Source of the DNA: Myxococcota bacterium
GTDB taxonomy: Bacteria > Myxococcota_A > UBA9160 > SZUA-336
DNA: 64,000 nucleotides
Direction of reading: 5' to 3'
NCBI GenBank assembly: GCA_965247115.1
Contig: CBDFGR010000002.1
Span: 480,001-544,000, forward strand
Shown: positions 1-9,409 of the stretch, one piece after another
Layout: each line of letters starts with the position of its first letter
Numbering within the stretch: position 1 is the first letter of the stretch
Notes under the pieces: model-generated
What the model saw: the letters and a program-made list of their open reading frames with translations, nothing else
Database searches by the model: none
What the model was told of the DNA's origin: nothing
Position numbers and translations under genes: made by a program

Positions 1-549
1 CGGGAGCTGCTCGATCTCGCGCAGGTACCGCACAGTGCTTGGAAAGTCCCCAAGGACTTCGATGACAACGCCGTGCTTGAAGAGGTCGCCACCCTCCATC
101 TCGACATCCAGCTCTTCGGGCGTCTCGAACAGCGGCTCGACCGGGAGGTTCTCCAGGCGGACGAGGCGCAGTCCCTCCGTCTTGGTCAGCATCTCCTTCA
201 GGACCCGCGTCATCTCCGCCGGAGGGATCAGATCCTCCGTCCGCGTGTCCACCACTCCGCGCAGGCGATCGAGCGAGTCGAGCAGGTTGTCCTTGCGCGC
301 GCGGTTCTCCGCGTCGAGGTCGATGGAAAGCTCGGAGGCGAACTGCTCGGTCTGCCGCTCGAGCTGCTGGATCTCCAGCTCGAGCGACGAGATACGCTTG
401 TCCGATTCGACGCGTCGTAGCTCGAGCGGCTCCATCAGCGCGGCGTTCCAGAGCATGAGCGGGATTGCCAGAGACGCTGCCGCCAGGATCACCCGCTCCC
501 GGAGCGAGCGCGCGTTCAGCCAGACGATGAGCTTGTTCAGCTGTCTCAC
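1..549 (-). CDS. mshJ: MSHA biogenesis protein MshJ-like (PilO/GspM-like), runs off window edge
   Basis: Not in ORF track (no stop in window). GTG at 549 overlaps upstream TGA (GTGA). Translates MRQLNKLIVWLNARSLRERVILAAASL..., the typical 'RER' plus TM N-terminus. Follows mshI genes. Confidence 0.7.
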   Translation of the reverse strand, partial: MRQLNKLIVWLNARSLRERVILAAASLAIPLMLWNAALMEPLELRRVESDKRISSLELEIQQLERQTEQFASELSIDLDAENRARKDNLLDSLDRLRGVVDTRTEDLIPPAEMTRVLKEMLTKTEGLRLVRLENLPVEPLFETPEELDVEMEGGDLFKHGVVIEVLGDFPSTVRYLREIEQLP

Positions 550-1205
550 GGCGCATCCCCCGAGATCTCCTCGAGGAAGGCCTGGAGGAGTGAGGACTTG
601 GCCGTGTCTTGCGCCGGTTCCGTACTCAGGGCGAAGTTGATCACGGGCGGACCCGACTCCGGAACCTGCATCAGCAACGCCTGGAACTCGCGGCCAACAA
701 ACGCGGGCTCCGGACCCAGCTCCTCGATGAACTGGGGCACTGCCTCTGGCGAGAGTGCGCTTCCGGCCAGCGACAGGCTGCGACCACCCGCTGTGATCTG
801 GATGCGCTTGAGCCAGACCGCGTCGACCCGCTGCCTGGCCAGACCGAGCAGGTGCTCCGAGAAGCCCTCGCGATTGGCTAGCCCGTGAGAGGTCAGCGCC
901 TCGAGCAGGCGGTTCTTGCCCACCACGGTGTGATCGAGGGCAAAGACTTCGGCCGCGAGTGCCGGATCGGGCTCTCGCCTTTCCTTCCGCTTCTTGAGCT
1001 CCGCGAGCAGATTGATCTGGCTCTTCTTGCTGGCCTCGAGGCTGGTCACATGACCTTCGGGCCCCCAGGTCTTCCACAGCGAGTAGCCGTAGATCAACAG
1101 GAGCAGGGCCAGGATGGCTCCGAGGGCGGGCACCAGCGTCTCCGCGAAGAACGGGAGGGCGACGTCGCTGAATTCACCCTGCAGCAGGTTGACTTGCTGG
1201 GTCAT
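546..1205 (-). CDS. MSHA biogenesis protein, PilN-like (MshI2)
   Basis: MTQQVNLL start, single TM, coiled coil, GFSEHLLGLARQ..VWL..I and 'G.ALSPEAVP.F' PilN-domain motifs. ATGA overlap with upstream gene. Confidence 0.75.
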   Translation of the reverse strand: MTQQVNLLQGEFSDVALPFFAETLVPALGAILALLLLIYGYSLWKTWGPEGHVTSLEASKKSQINLLAELKKRKERREPDPALAAEVFALDHTVVGKNRLLEALTSHGLANREGFSEHLLGLARQRVDAVWLKRIQITAGGRSLSLAGSALSPEAVPQFIEELGPEPAFVGREFQALLMQVPESGPPVINFALSTEPAQDTAKSSLLQAFLEEISGDAP

Positions 1206-2167
1206 AGCATGCCCTCGCGCAGCGCTCCGCCAACGGCGGTCAAGCAGCGGGCCTGCAGGGTCTCGTCCAGAGGCTCGTCACAGCGGACCAGCTGGTTCAG
1301 GTCGAGAGGGCGGACCTCGACGCTGAGCTGGTCCGCCAGATAGTCCGCCAGCATCGGCGCGGGTGTGGCGAGAGGCGCGATGAAGAGCACAGAGATCGGA
1401 TCCTGGCCGAACTGACGCTCGTAGTAATCGACGGAGCGCTGTATCTCCCGGCGCAAGCTCTCGAGGCCATCCCCGTCGCCGACGGGAACCTCTGCACCCG
1501 GCTCCGGCGACTTCTCGTCGAGCAGCTCCAGATCGACGTCGATATTGCGGGCAAGGTACAGGAGACCCTGGCGCGTCACGGTTAGCAGGCCGAGACCCGG
1601 GGTAAGGAACAGCAGGCCCACGCCGTGCTCGTCATGCGGGAGCAGCGCGGCCACGTTGCGGAGCGCGAGCTCCACGACGTCGATCGCCTTGATGCGCAGG
1701 CCGGAGGAATGGATCGCGGCGGCGATCTGGTCCACCTCGCGCTGCGGCGCCGCCGCCACGTAGATGCGGCTGGCTCGATCGGCTGTCGATGACGTGGGCT
1801 CAGGAGTGTCGAAGACATCGATCACCGCGTCCTCGATGTCGAAGTCGACCAGGTCCTTCACGCTCCAGCGCGCCGCATCGCGCAGCTCCTCGGCCTCGAC
1901 CTTCGGCGCATCGATCTGGCGCAGTGTGTACGTGTCGGCCCGGGGCACGCAGATGCAGCGCGAGCGCCCGAGCTTGTGCGCCTTGACGGCCGCCGATAGC
2001 GTCTTCCCGAACGCCTCAGGCTCGTCGTTGGCGAAGAACTCGCCCATCACGAGGCGGGGCCTTTCGCTGCCCTCGCGTGTCAGGTGCACGAGTCCGAAAC
2101 CGTCCGGCGACAGCCCGATCGCCGTAACGCCCCTGCGCCGGCCCGCGCGCCTCAGAAACGAGAGCAA
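1202..2167 (-). CDS. mshI: MSHA biogenesis protein MshI (PilM-like)
   Basis: AARWSVKDLVD, IDVVELALRN, LYLARNID and EIQRSVDYYERQ motifs. TTG start at 2167 after GGAGGGG RBS. Confidence 0.8.
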   Translation of the reverse strand: MLSFLRRAGRRRGVTAIGLSPDGFGLVHLTREGSERPRLVMGEFFANDEPEAFGKTLSAAVKAHKLGRSRCICVPRADTYTLRQIDAPKVEAEELRDAARWSVKDLVDFDIEDAVIDVFDTPEPTSSTADRASRIYVAAAPQREVDQIAAAIHSSGLRIKAIDVVELALRNVAALLPHDEHGVGLLFLTPGLGLLTVTRQGLLYLARNIDVDLELLDEKSPEPGAEVPVGDGDGLESLRREIQRSVDYYERQFGQDPISVLFIAPLATPAPMLADYLADQLSVEVRPLDLNQLVRCDEPLDETLQARCLTAVGGALREGML

Positions 2168-2244
2168 ATCACCCCTCCAGCGATGGACCGCAATCACTCG
2201 TGCAAACCAGCACGCATGACTGGACCCAACTCCCTGCACCGGAT

Positions 2245-2273
2245 CATTCGTCTTTCGCAGGCTTGCGCTTGAG
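2245..2273 (-). promoter_or_regulatory. sigma28-like promoter motif upstream of MSHA operon
   Basis: CTCAAG-N15-GACGAATG on minus strand. The same spacing recurs at 3205, 7362 and 41842. Confidence 0.45.
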
Positions 2274-2317
2274 TTGCGCAGCCCGCGTTAAATGGAGGGG
2301 AAGTGGTGCCGATTTGG

Positions 2318-2350
2318 AATACTGGACTTCTCGGTACTTTATTCTAGGAT
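2318..2350 (+). promoter_or_regulatory. Putative Rrf2 operator overlapping a sigma70 promoter
   Basis: AT-rich imperfect dyad AATActgGACttctcgGTActtTATT (2318-2343) resembling IscR-type boxes. TGGACT-N16-TAGGAT promoter ends 6 nt before the ATG. Confidence 0.45.
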
Positions 2351-2356
2351 CGTCCC

Positions 2357-2818
2357 ATGCGAATTCTCGCGCAGGAGGAGTACGGGCTTCGCTGCATCCT
2401 GCAGCTGGCGCGCCAGAGAGGGTCCGAGCCTCTGACCATCGCGGCGATCGCCGAGGCAGAGGGTCTCAGTCGCGAGTACGCGGGAAAGCTCATGCAGCTC
2501 CTGCGGCGCGCCGGTCTGGTGAGCAGCGCGAGGGGACCCGGAGGGGGCTACCTGCTCGCACGGCCTCCATCAGACATCTCGGTCTGGGAAGTCGTCGAGG
2601 TGCTGGGCGGAGGACTCTTCCCGCGCGACTTCTGCGCCTGCCATCCCGGGCGCGCAGACCACTGCGTCCACGCAAGTGATTGCTCGATCCGCGCCCTCTG
2701 GCACACCGTCGGAGGCGTGGTCCGCAACGTCCTCGAGGAAGTCGCGCTCTCGGACATGGACCGAAGCGAGACGTCGATGACGCTCTGGCTCGAAAACTCC
2801 GTCGCAGAGGGGGCCTGA
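2357..2818 (+). CDS. Rrf2-family (IscR/SufR-like) Fe-S transcriptional regulator
   Basis: EEYGLRC, wHTH, SARGPGGGYLLARP, and Cys cluster FCACH..CVHASDCSI. Confidence 0.9.
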   Translation: MRILAQEEYGLRCILQLARQRGSEPLTIAAIAEAEGLSREYAGKLMQLLRRAGLVSSARGPGGGYLLARPPSDISVWEVVEVLGGGLFPRDFCACHPGRADHCVHASDCSIRALWHTVGGVVRNVLEEVALSDMDRSETSMTLWLENSVAEGA

Positions 2819-2851
2819 ACGGCCCCGGCGTGGCGCACCTGGAGGAACCCG

Positions 2852-3172
2852 ATGAGCTCTGACCCCACAACGCAGGAGAAGATCTCCACCCTCGTGAAGT
2901 CCAGCCCCGTGATGCTGTTCATGAAGGGGACGCCGCAGATGCCGCAATGCGGGTTCTCTGCCCAGGTGGTGGCGATCCTCGATCGCCTGGCACCAAGCTA
3001 CGGCACCTTCGACGTGCTGTCGGACCCGGCAGTTCGCGAAGGCATCAAAGAGTTCTCGCGCTGGCCCACGATCCCGCAGCTCTACGTGCGTGGCGAGTTC
3101 GTCGGAGGCTGCGACATCATCACCGAGATGTTCCAGACCGGGGAGCTCGGCAAAACCCTCGCCCAGCCCTGA
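2852..3172 (+). CDS. grxD: Monothiol glutaredoxin Grx4
   Basis: FMKGTP..PQCGFS, WPTIPQLY and GGCDI motifs. GGAGG RBS. Confidence 0.95.
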   Translation: MSSDPTTQEKISTLVKSSPVMLFMKGTPQMPQCGFSAQVVAILDRLAPSYGTFDVLSDPAVREGIKEFSRWPTIPQLYVRGEFVGGCDIITEMFQTGELGKTLAQP

Positions 3173-3204
3173 GCTCCCGCTCCGGCAGTCGCCCTCCCCG
3201 CCCG

Positions 3205-3233
3205 CTCAAGTCGAGCGCGAAGCGTGCCGACAG
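3205..3233 (+). promoter_or_regulatory. sigma28-like promoter motif upstream of GT2 gene
   Basis: CTCAAG-N15-GCCGACAG. Confidence 0.5.
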
Positions 3234-3295
3234 CAACGCTGCAGGGGTCCCCCGACCCCGGGTCCGGTTTGCTCATTCGAGCGGAGTGCTGCGGG

Positions 3296-4123
3296 ATGAT
3301 CAAGGGTCAGAAGGTCGTCGTCGTGATGCCGGCGTACAACGCGGAGAGAACCCTCCGCAAGACCTATGCCGAGATCATCGACCAGGGCGTCGTGGATCGT
3401 GTGATCGTGGTCGACGATCAGAGCGGCGACGACACGGTCGCGATCGCTCGAACGCTCGACGGGGTCCGGCTGCACGTCCACCGCGCGAACCGGGGTTACG
3501 GCGCGAACCAGAAAACGTGTTACGCCCTCGCCCTCGAGGAGGGCGCGGACGTCGTCATCATGGTGCATCCAGACTACCAGTACACACCGAAGCTCATCGT
3601 GGCGATGGCGTCCATGATCGCCTGCGGGCTCTACCCGTGTGTCCTGGGCTCACGGATCCTCGGCGGCTACGCGCTGCGCCAGGGTATGCCCGTCTGGAGA
3701 TACGTCGCGAACCGGCTGCTGACGTTCGCCGCCAACCTCGTCCTGGGCGCGAAGCTCTCCGAGTACCACACGGGGTATCGGGCGTTCTCGCGTGAGATTC
3801 TCGAGCAGCTGCCGCTGGAGGCCAACTCCGACGACTTCCTGTTCGACAACCAGATGCTGCTCCAGGTGCTCTGGTTCGGTCACACGATCGGCGAGATCAC
3901 CTGCCCCACGCGCTACGCTGCGGAGTCCTCGTCGATCAACTTTCTGCGCAGCGTCAAGTACGGGCTCGGGTGTCTTGCTATGGCGGTCCAGTTCCGACTC
4001 GCGAGGGCGGGACTGGTGAGGACGCTGCGCTTCCCGAGGTCAGAGGCGTGGCGCTGGCTAGACCGGCTCGGCGGGCTTGTGCGCGATCACGATGAGGGTA
4101 CCCGCGCGCCCGAGCAGACGTAG
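3296..4123 (+). CDS. Glycosyltransferase family 2 (polyprenol-phosphate glycosyltransferase/DPM1-like)
   Basis: VVMPAYN, VVDD.S.D.T, NRGYGANQK, HPDYQY and EYHTGYRAF motifs. ATG at 3296 preferred. Confidence 0.9.
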   Translation: MIKGQKVVVVMPAYNAERTLRKTYAEIIDQGVVDRVIVVDDQSGDDTVAIARTLDGVRLHVHRANRGYGANQKTCYALALEEGADVVIMVHPDYQYTPKLIVAMASMIACGLYPCVLGSRILGGYALRQGMPVWRYVANRLLTFAANLVLGAKLSEYHTGYRAFSREILEQLPLEANSDDFLFDNQMLLQVLWFGHTIGEITCPTRYAAESSSINFLRSVKYGLGCLAMAVQFRLARAGLVRTLRFPRSEAWRWLDRLGGLVRDHDEGTRAPEQT

Positions 4124-5026
4124 CACCGCGCTCACCAGGACCGCGACAGCCCCCAGCGGAAGCAGGGCGAGCATCGCGCACCGGTACAGTGCAGACAGAT
4201 CGCGCCTGTCCTCCTCGCAGTTCCGCAGCACGTCGTACAGGGCGTTGTGGCGCAGGCCGATTCGGTTCAGCGCCGTCTGCAGCAGGCCAAAGGGATCCAT
4301 CTCCCACTGCCCGGTGCGAATCGAGTCGATCACGAAGCCCGACTGGCACAGGAGCGACCGCAGCGTCTGCTCGCTGAACTGGAAGAGGTGACGCGGCAGG
4401 TCCAGGTGGAACCAGTCCTCGCCCCCGAGCCGGGCCTGCAAGGAGGCGTAGTTCGGCACTGCGACGAGCAGAGAGCCGCCCGGCCGCAGAGAACGGAAGC
4501 AAGCAGCAAGCGTGATGTCCGGGCTGCGCAGATGCTCGAGCACGTGCCAGATCGACACCAGGTCGAAGTAGCCGTCCGGGTACTGTCCCACTCGCAGCTC
4601 GCCAAAGTCGGTCGGCACCTCTTGACAGGCATGCGCCGCCATCGTCGCTGACAGCTCGGTGCCGCGAACCCGGTAGCCCCGATCCCGCAGCAGACGCAGG
4701 AACAGACCGCGGCCGCAGCCGACGTCCAGCACGTGGCCGCCAGGCGGCAACAGGCGTTCCGCGAGACGTACGCGCGTCCGCCGTGCGAGGCGGACCGCGA
4801 GCTCGCCGCCCCGACGGAAGCGCCGGCCGGGCTGCCCGTAGGCGCCCCGCTGCGCGCGCTCGAGCTCTTCGTCTGGCGGCAGGAACTTCTGGAGCACGAG
4901 CCCGCAGCCGAGGCACCGCTCCAGGGGAAAGCGCCGCGCCGGACCCACGGCACCAGGGAACTCGTCGACGCTGTCCACCATGTGGCAGATCGGGCAGGCG
5001 AGTCGCTTCTCCGGCTCGTCGTTCAT
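4058..5026 (-). CDS. Class I SAM-dependent methyltransferase with N-terminal Zn-ribbon
   Basis: CPIC...CLGC, VLDVGCGRG, WHVLEHL, LRPGG..VAVPN and DLPRHLFQF. Confidence 0.88.
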   Translation of the reverse strand: MNDEPEKRLACPICHMVDSVDEFPGAVGPARRFPLERCLGCGLVLQKFLPPDEELERAQRGAYGQPGRRFRRGGELAVRLARRTRVRLAERLLPPGGHVLDVGCGRGLFLRLLRDRGYRVRGTELSATMAAHACQEVPTDFGELRVGQYPDGYFDLVSIWHVLEHLRSPDITLAACFRSLRPGGSLLVAVPNYASLQARLGGEDWFHLDLPRHLFQFSEQTLRSLLCQSGFVIDSIRTGQWEMDPFGLLQTALNRIGLRHNALYDVLRNCEEDRRDLSALYRCAMLALLPLGAVAVLVSAVLRLLGRAGTLIVIAHKPAEPV

Positions 5027-5045
5027 CGCGCGTGCCGACTCCCGC

Positions 5046-7331
5046 TCACCAGTAGATCCGTCGCATCAGTCTCGGCATGCCGCCTCTCCAGGCGCGGATC
5101 CAGCCGAACTCCAGGTTCGGGCGGTCGTCGGTGACCAGCGGCAGGTGCCGGACGGCGTCGCGGTCGATCGGGATGGTGCTGCCGAAGTAGTCGGAGGTGA
5201 CGCTTCCCCACTCGCTCGCATCCCGGGCCACGTTGGGATCGGCGAGACGGGCGCGGATCCGCTCGTCGGAGACCTCGATCGGCTGCATGGAACCGACCAC
5301 GTGCACGCCGATCCGATTCCCACTCGGAATCTCGAGCGTGTGCGGGAACGCCTCCGCAAAGGTGCGCAGCAGCATGCCGAAGGTCTCCCAGTCGTCGACT
5401 CCCGCGAGGCTGCCGGGCAGCGGGATCCAGTGCGTCATCAGCCCACCGGGCTTCAGGCGGTCTCTGGCCAGCTCGAGGAAGTCGAGGGAGTAGAGGTGGT
5501 TGACTCCTGCGCCATCGATCGGCGGAGGCGGATCGACGGTGATCACGTCGTAGCGCGCGGAGCTCAGCTTGAGAAAGCTTCGCCCATCGTTCGTGACCAT
5601 CCTCCCGCGTGGATAGGCGCGAACCTGCTCGGCGTCCAGGTGAAAGAAGGGAAACGCCTCGAAGACCTCATCCACGAGCTCGACCACCGTGACGCTCCGA
5701 CCGTGCGAGACGGCCGAACGGTACGTCGTCCCCATGCCAAAGCAGATGACAAGCGTGTCCTCGGGATCCGGATGCAGGAGCAACGGTACGTGCGCCATCA
5801 TCTTGGTATCGGTGACGCGCGCGGTCATCCCCGTATGGTTGACCAGCAGCATGCTGGCCGGGCCGGGGTCGCCGGCCAGCGTCAGCACCGTCGTGATGCC
5901 CTGGACGCCCGTCTGGTGGTAGAGCATCTCAGCGCCCGGCCGTGACGCGCCGAGCCGCTGTCGGAACCGGTCCTCGTCGCCCAGGCGCACGACGGCGATC
6001 AGCACGAGCGTCAGTGCCACACCCGCGAGCGCCAGGGTGCCGTCTCTGCCTGTCGAGCCAATGTCGGCAGCTGCCAGCAGCGCTGCTCCGACAAGCGCGG
6101 TCGCGGCATAGAGAGCGACCAGGGCGTAGATGCCCTGAAACAGATCCAGGTGCGGCGCGATCACGAAGCCACCCAGCAGGCCACCGACGACGGCGCCTAC
6201 CGTGTTCCAGGTGTAGGCCCGCGCGACACGTTCGCCTGCCGCGTCCACGCTCTCGGCATCCAGGATGCGCGTGGCGAGCGGAAACACGGCCCCGGACAGG
6301 AGTCCTAACGGAAACAGAATGATCGAGGCCGCCACGTAGAACAGCAGAAGCAGGGTCGGCGGCAGTGCCTGCCCGCCCAGGGGCCGCAACGCATCCGCGA
6401 GCCCGTAGAAGAGCGAGATGGAGACGAGCATCCAGCCGGCACTGGCCAGCTGGCTGGCGACGAGCCAGACCGGCAGCCTCTCCAGGCGCTTGACGACGCA
6501 CGACACACCCGCACTCCCGAGAGCGATGCCGACGAGATACACCATCAAGAGCATCGCAAAGGCATACGTCGAGTTGCCGACCAGGCCCTCGACGGTCCGG
6601 GTCCAGAGCACCTCGGATGCAAGGGCGGTCGCTCCGCTGGCGGCCAGCACGCCGAGCACGAGCCGCGTGAGCCCGGGTCCAGCTGCGGGAGGCGGGTTGT
6701 GCTTCCGCGCCGGCGCGACGTCGGACTGGATGCGGAGGGCCGAGACTCCGACGATCAGGTTGAGACACGCCGCGAGCACGGTCGTATTGCGTACGCCGAT
6801 CAGCTCGATCGACACGAAGCTCACTACCAGTGTGCCCAGCGCCGCACCGAGAGTGTTGGCTCCGTAAAGCAGACCCACCTTCCACGTCGTGCCGCGCTCG
6901 CTTCCGCGATGAAAGAACTCGCTCAACAGCGGCAAGGTCGCACCCATGAGCGTGGTCGGGACAATCAGGACCAGAACGGCCAGCATGGCGCGGACGGAAA
7001 GACCCCAGAGCAGAGATGCGTCCTCGCTCACCAGAGCGGCAAAGATCGCATCGGTCCCCGCGGTGAGGAGGGGGAAGCCCAGCGCGAACGCGCCGATCCC
7101 GAGCTCCAGGCAAGCAAAGAGGCGCAAGGGAGCGCCGACGCGTGGCAGCCAGCGTCCGACGAGCCAGCTTCCGAGCGCGAGCCCCGACATGAAGCCGCTG
7201 AGCACGATCGCTACGGAAGGCGTGGTGCTGCCGAACACAAGCGCCAGCCAGCGTGCCCAGATGATCTGGTAGGTCAGGGCAGTCGAGCCCGACAGGACAA
7301 AGATCAGGTAGACCCAGACGCGAGACCCCAT
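5046..7331 (-). CDS. Fused multi-TM membrane domain / spermidine-synthase-like protein
   Basis: SG..AL.YQIIW.R, PTTLMGATLP and LYGANTLGA membrane motifs. C-terminal ICFGMGTT, VVELV, DGRSFL and YDVITVDPPPP. Confidence 0.88.
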   Translation of the reverse strand: MGSRVWVYLIFVLSGSTALTYQIIWARWLALVFGSTTPSVAIVLSGFMSGLALGSWLVGRWLPRVGAPLRLFACLELGIGAFALGFPLLTAGTDAIFAALVSEDASLLWGLSVRAMLAVLVLIVPTTLMGATLPLLSEFFHRGSERGTTWKVGLLYGANTLGAALGTLVVSFVSIELIGVRNTTVLAACLNLIVGVSALRIQSDVAPARKHNPPPAAGPGLTRLVLGVLAASGATALASEVLWTRTVEGLVGNSTYAFAMLLMVYLVGIALGSAGVSCVVKRLERLPVWLVASQLASAGWMLVSISLFYGLADALRPLGGQALPPTLLLLFYVAASIILFPLGLLSGAVFPLATRILDAESVDAAGERVARAYTWNTVGAVVGGLLGGFVIAPHLDLFQGIYALVALYAATALVGAALLAAADIGSTGRDGTLALAGVALTLVLIAVVRLGDEDRFRQRLGASRPGAEMLYHQTGVQGITTVLTLAGDPGPASMLLVNHTGMTARVTDTKMMAHVPLLLHPDPEDTLVICFGMGTTYRSAVSHGRSVTVVELVDEVFEAFPFFHLDAEQVRAYPRGRMVTNDGRSFLKLSSARYDVITVDPPPPIDGAGVNHLYSLDFLELARDRLKPGGLMTHWIPLPGSLAGVDDWETFGMLLRTFAEAFPHTLEIPSGNRIGVHVVGSMQPIEVSDERIRARLADPNVARDASEWGSVTSDYFGSTIPIDRDAVRHLPLVTDDRPNLEFGWIRAWRGGMPRLMRRIYW

Positions 7332-7425
7332 ACGCTAAAAGATCGGCAGCGGGACGGACTTCTCTAGCTGGATCTGCAGCTTCCCGATATGAACCCTGAG
7401 CGAGCGAAGTCGGAGGCACCTGGCG

Positions 7426-9348
7426 ATGAAGAGCCTGTCTTGGGAGCGCCTCACGCCACTGCTCCTCGCAGCCTTCACCTTTGCGGCCTACTGCCAAGTC
7501 GGAGGCCACGACTTCGTCAACTTCGACGACAAGCGGTACGTCCTCATGAACCCGAATCTGGAGGCGGGGCTGAGCCTGGAGGGGTTGTCGTGGGCGTTCT
7601 CATCGCTGTACTTCAGCAACTGGCACCCTATGACATGGCTCTCGTATCTGCTGGATTACGAGTTCTGGGGTCTTCTGCCAGGTGGCTATCACCTCACGAA
7701 TCTTCTGCTGCACATCGTGTCCACTCTGGCGCTCTTCGCGGCGCTCCGCAGGCTGACGGCCACCGTCTGGCGAAGCGCGTTCGTGGCAGCCTTGTTCGCC
7801 CTCCACCCGCTACACGTGGAGTCCGTCGCCTGGGTATCCGAACGCAAGGACGTGCTCAGCGGCCTGTTCTGGATGCTGACCCTGTGGAGCTACGCCGTGT
7901 ACGCCGAGCGACCCTCCGTCTGGCGCTACCTTCGGGTCGCCCTGTGTGTGGGCCTTGGGCTCATGGCCAAGCCCATGCTCGTCACGCTGCCTTTCGTCCT
8001 GTTGCTGCTGGACTGTTGGCCCCTAAGACGCCTTCAGAGCACGGAGTCGGGGCGAGTGATCGACGGCAGAAGACTCGGCACTCTCCTCGTGGAGAAGCTG
8101 CCTCTGCTCCTGATGGCGGCGGGCGCGTGCTGGATCACGATGGTCGCCCAGCGCCGGAGCGGCGCCCTGATCGAGATCGAGGAGCTGCCCCTCGGTCTCC
8201 GGCTGGGAAACGCCATGCTCGCCTACATCTGGTATCTGGCGAAAGCGATGTGGCCCACCGGGCTTGCTGTCTACTACCCGCACGCCGCGCACGGCCTCTC
8301 CATCGGCCTCGCAACGGCGTGCGGGCTGCTGCTTGCAACGATCTCTGCAGTGGTGCTGCGCCTCGGACTCCGGAAGCCCTACTTGCTCGTCGGCTGGCTC
8401 TGGTACCTCGGAGTGCTGGTTCCCGTGATCGGGCTGGTTCAGGTCGGACAGCAAGGCATGGCGGATCGGTACACCTACCTACCGCTGATCGGCGTGTTTC
8501 TCGGCGTAAGCTGGGGTGGCTACGATCTGTGGACTCACTGGCGTCTCGACCGCCGCTACCTCGCACCGTGCGCGATCGGCGTGCTCTGCATCCTCTTCAG
8601 CGTGTCTTGGGTTCAAGTCGGCCACTGGAAAAACAGCATCACTCTGTGGGAGCAGACGCTTCGAGTCACCTCCAACAACGATCGGGCTCACTCGAACCTG
8701 GCAACGGCCTTGCTGCGGCGCGGAAACGCGGAGGAGGCCTTCGCGCATTACGTCGAATCACTCAGAATTCAGCCACGGTCCTACATCACCCAGACCCGGG
8801 TTGCGGCACTGCTCGGGAACCAGGGCAAGCTGGAGGCGGCCCGTCGACACTGGGCGGTCGCCATCTGGCTCTTCTCCGAGATGGAGCGCGGCTGGCTATT
8901 CGCCGAGATGGATCTCGGAAAGGGTCACGTCCGAGACGGAGCCGAAAGCGTGCCTCTGAAACGCGGTCGGGAGCTGGCACTCCTCGGTCGCGCCGACGAG
9001 GCGATCGTGGAATTCGAGAGGGCGCTGGCTCTCGACCCCACCTCCGTCGAAGCCATGTTGGGACTGGGGTGTGCACACCTGGGGCAGAATCGACGGGACG
9101 AAGCGATCCGACACTACGCTGAGGCCCTTCGACTCCGCCCGGACTCGGCACCGGGACACTACAAGCTCGCGATCGCCCTCATGCTGGACGGGCGTCCCGA
9201 GGAAGCAGGCGAGCACATCTCGCAGGCCGCCCGCGCCAACCCGAGGCACAGAGGTCTCCGTCATCTAACCCAGCGCTTCAAAGAAGCCACCGAGGAACCT
9301 GAGGACGGAAACGTCGGAGTCCAGCGCGGCCTGGCTTCTGAGCTATAG
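7426..9348 (+). CDS. TMTC-like GT-C membrane glycosyltransferase with C-terminal TPRs
   Basis: FVNFDD..YV, NWHPMTWLS, HPLHVESVAWVSERKDVL and MADRYTYLP, followed by TPR repeats. Confidence 0.85.
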   Translation: MKSLSWERLTPLLLAAFTFAAYCQVGGHDFVNFDDKRYVLMNPNLEAGLSLEGLSWAFSSLYFSNWHPMTWLSYLLDYEFWGLLPGGYHLTNLLLHIVSTLALFAALRRLTATVWRSAFVAALFALHPLHVESVAWVSERKDVLSGLFWMLTLWSYAVYAERPSVWRYLRVALCVGLGLMAKPMLVTLPFVLLLLDCWPLRRLQSTESGRVIDGRRLGTLLVEKLPLLLMAAGACWITMVAQRRSGALIEIEELPLGLRLGNAMLAYIWYLAKAMWPTGLAVYYPHAAHGLSIGLATACGLLLATISAVVLRLGLRKPYLLVGWLWYLGVLVPVIGLVQVGQQGMADRYTYLPLIGVFLGVSWGGYDLWTHWRLDRRYLAPCAIGVLCILFSVSWVQVGHWKNSITLWEQTLRVTSNNDRAHSNLATALLRRGNAEEAFAHYVESLRIQPRSYITQTRVAALLGNQGKLEAARRHWAVAIWLFSEMERGWLFAEMDLGKGHVRDGAESVPLKRGRELALLGRADEAIVEFERALALDPTSVEAMLGLGCAHLGQNRRDEAIRHYAEALRLRPDSAPGHYKLAIALMLDGRPEEAGEHISQAARANPRHRGLRHLTQRFKEATEEPEDGNVGVQRGLASEL

Positions 9349-9409
9349 AAGCGGGGACTTCAGCGCGGGGAACTCACGCGGCAGGCGTGGACTGGTAGCA
9401 TAGGTCGTT

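Noticed and set aside
4058..4123. 66-bp overlap of the convergent GT2 and methyltransferase 3' ends
   Set aside because: Likely a simple stop-codon run-on in GC-rich DNA. The GT2 tail is non-conserved-looking.
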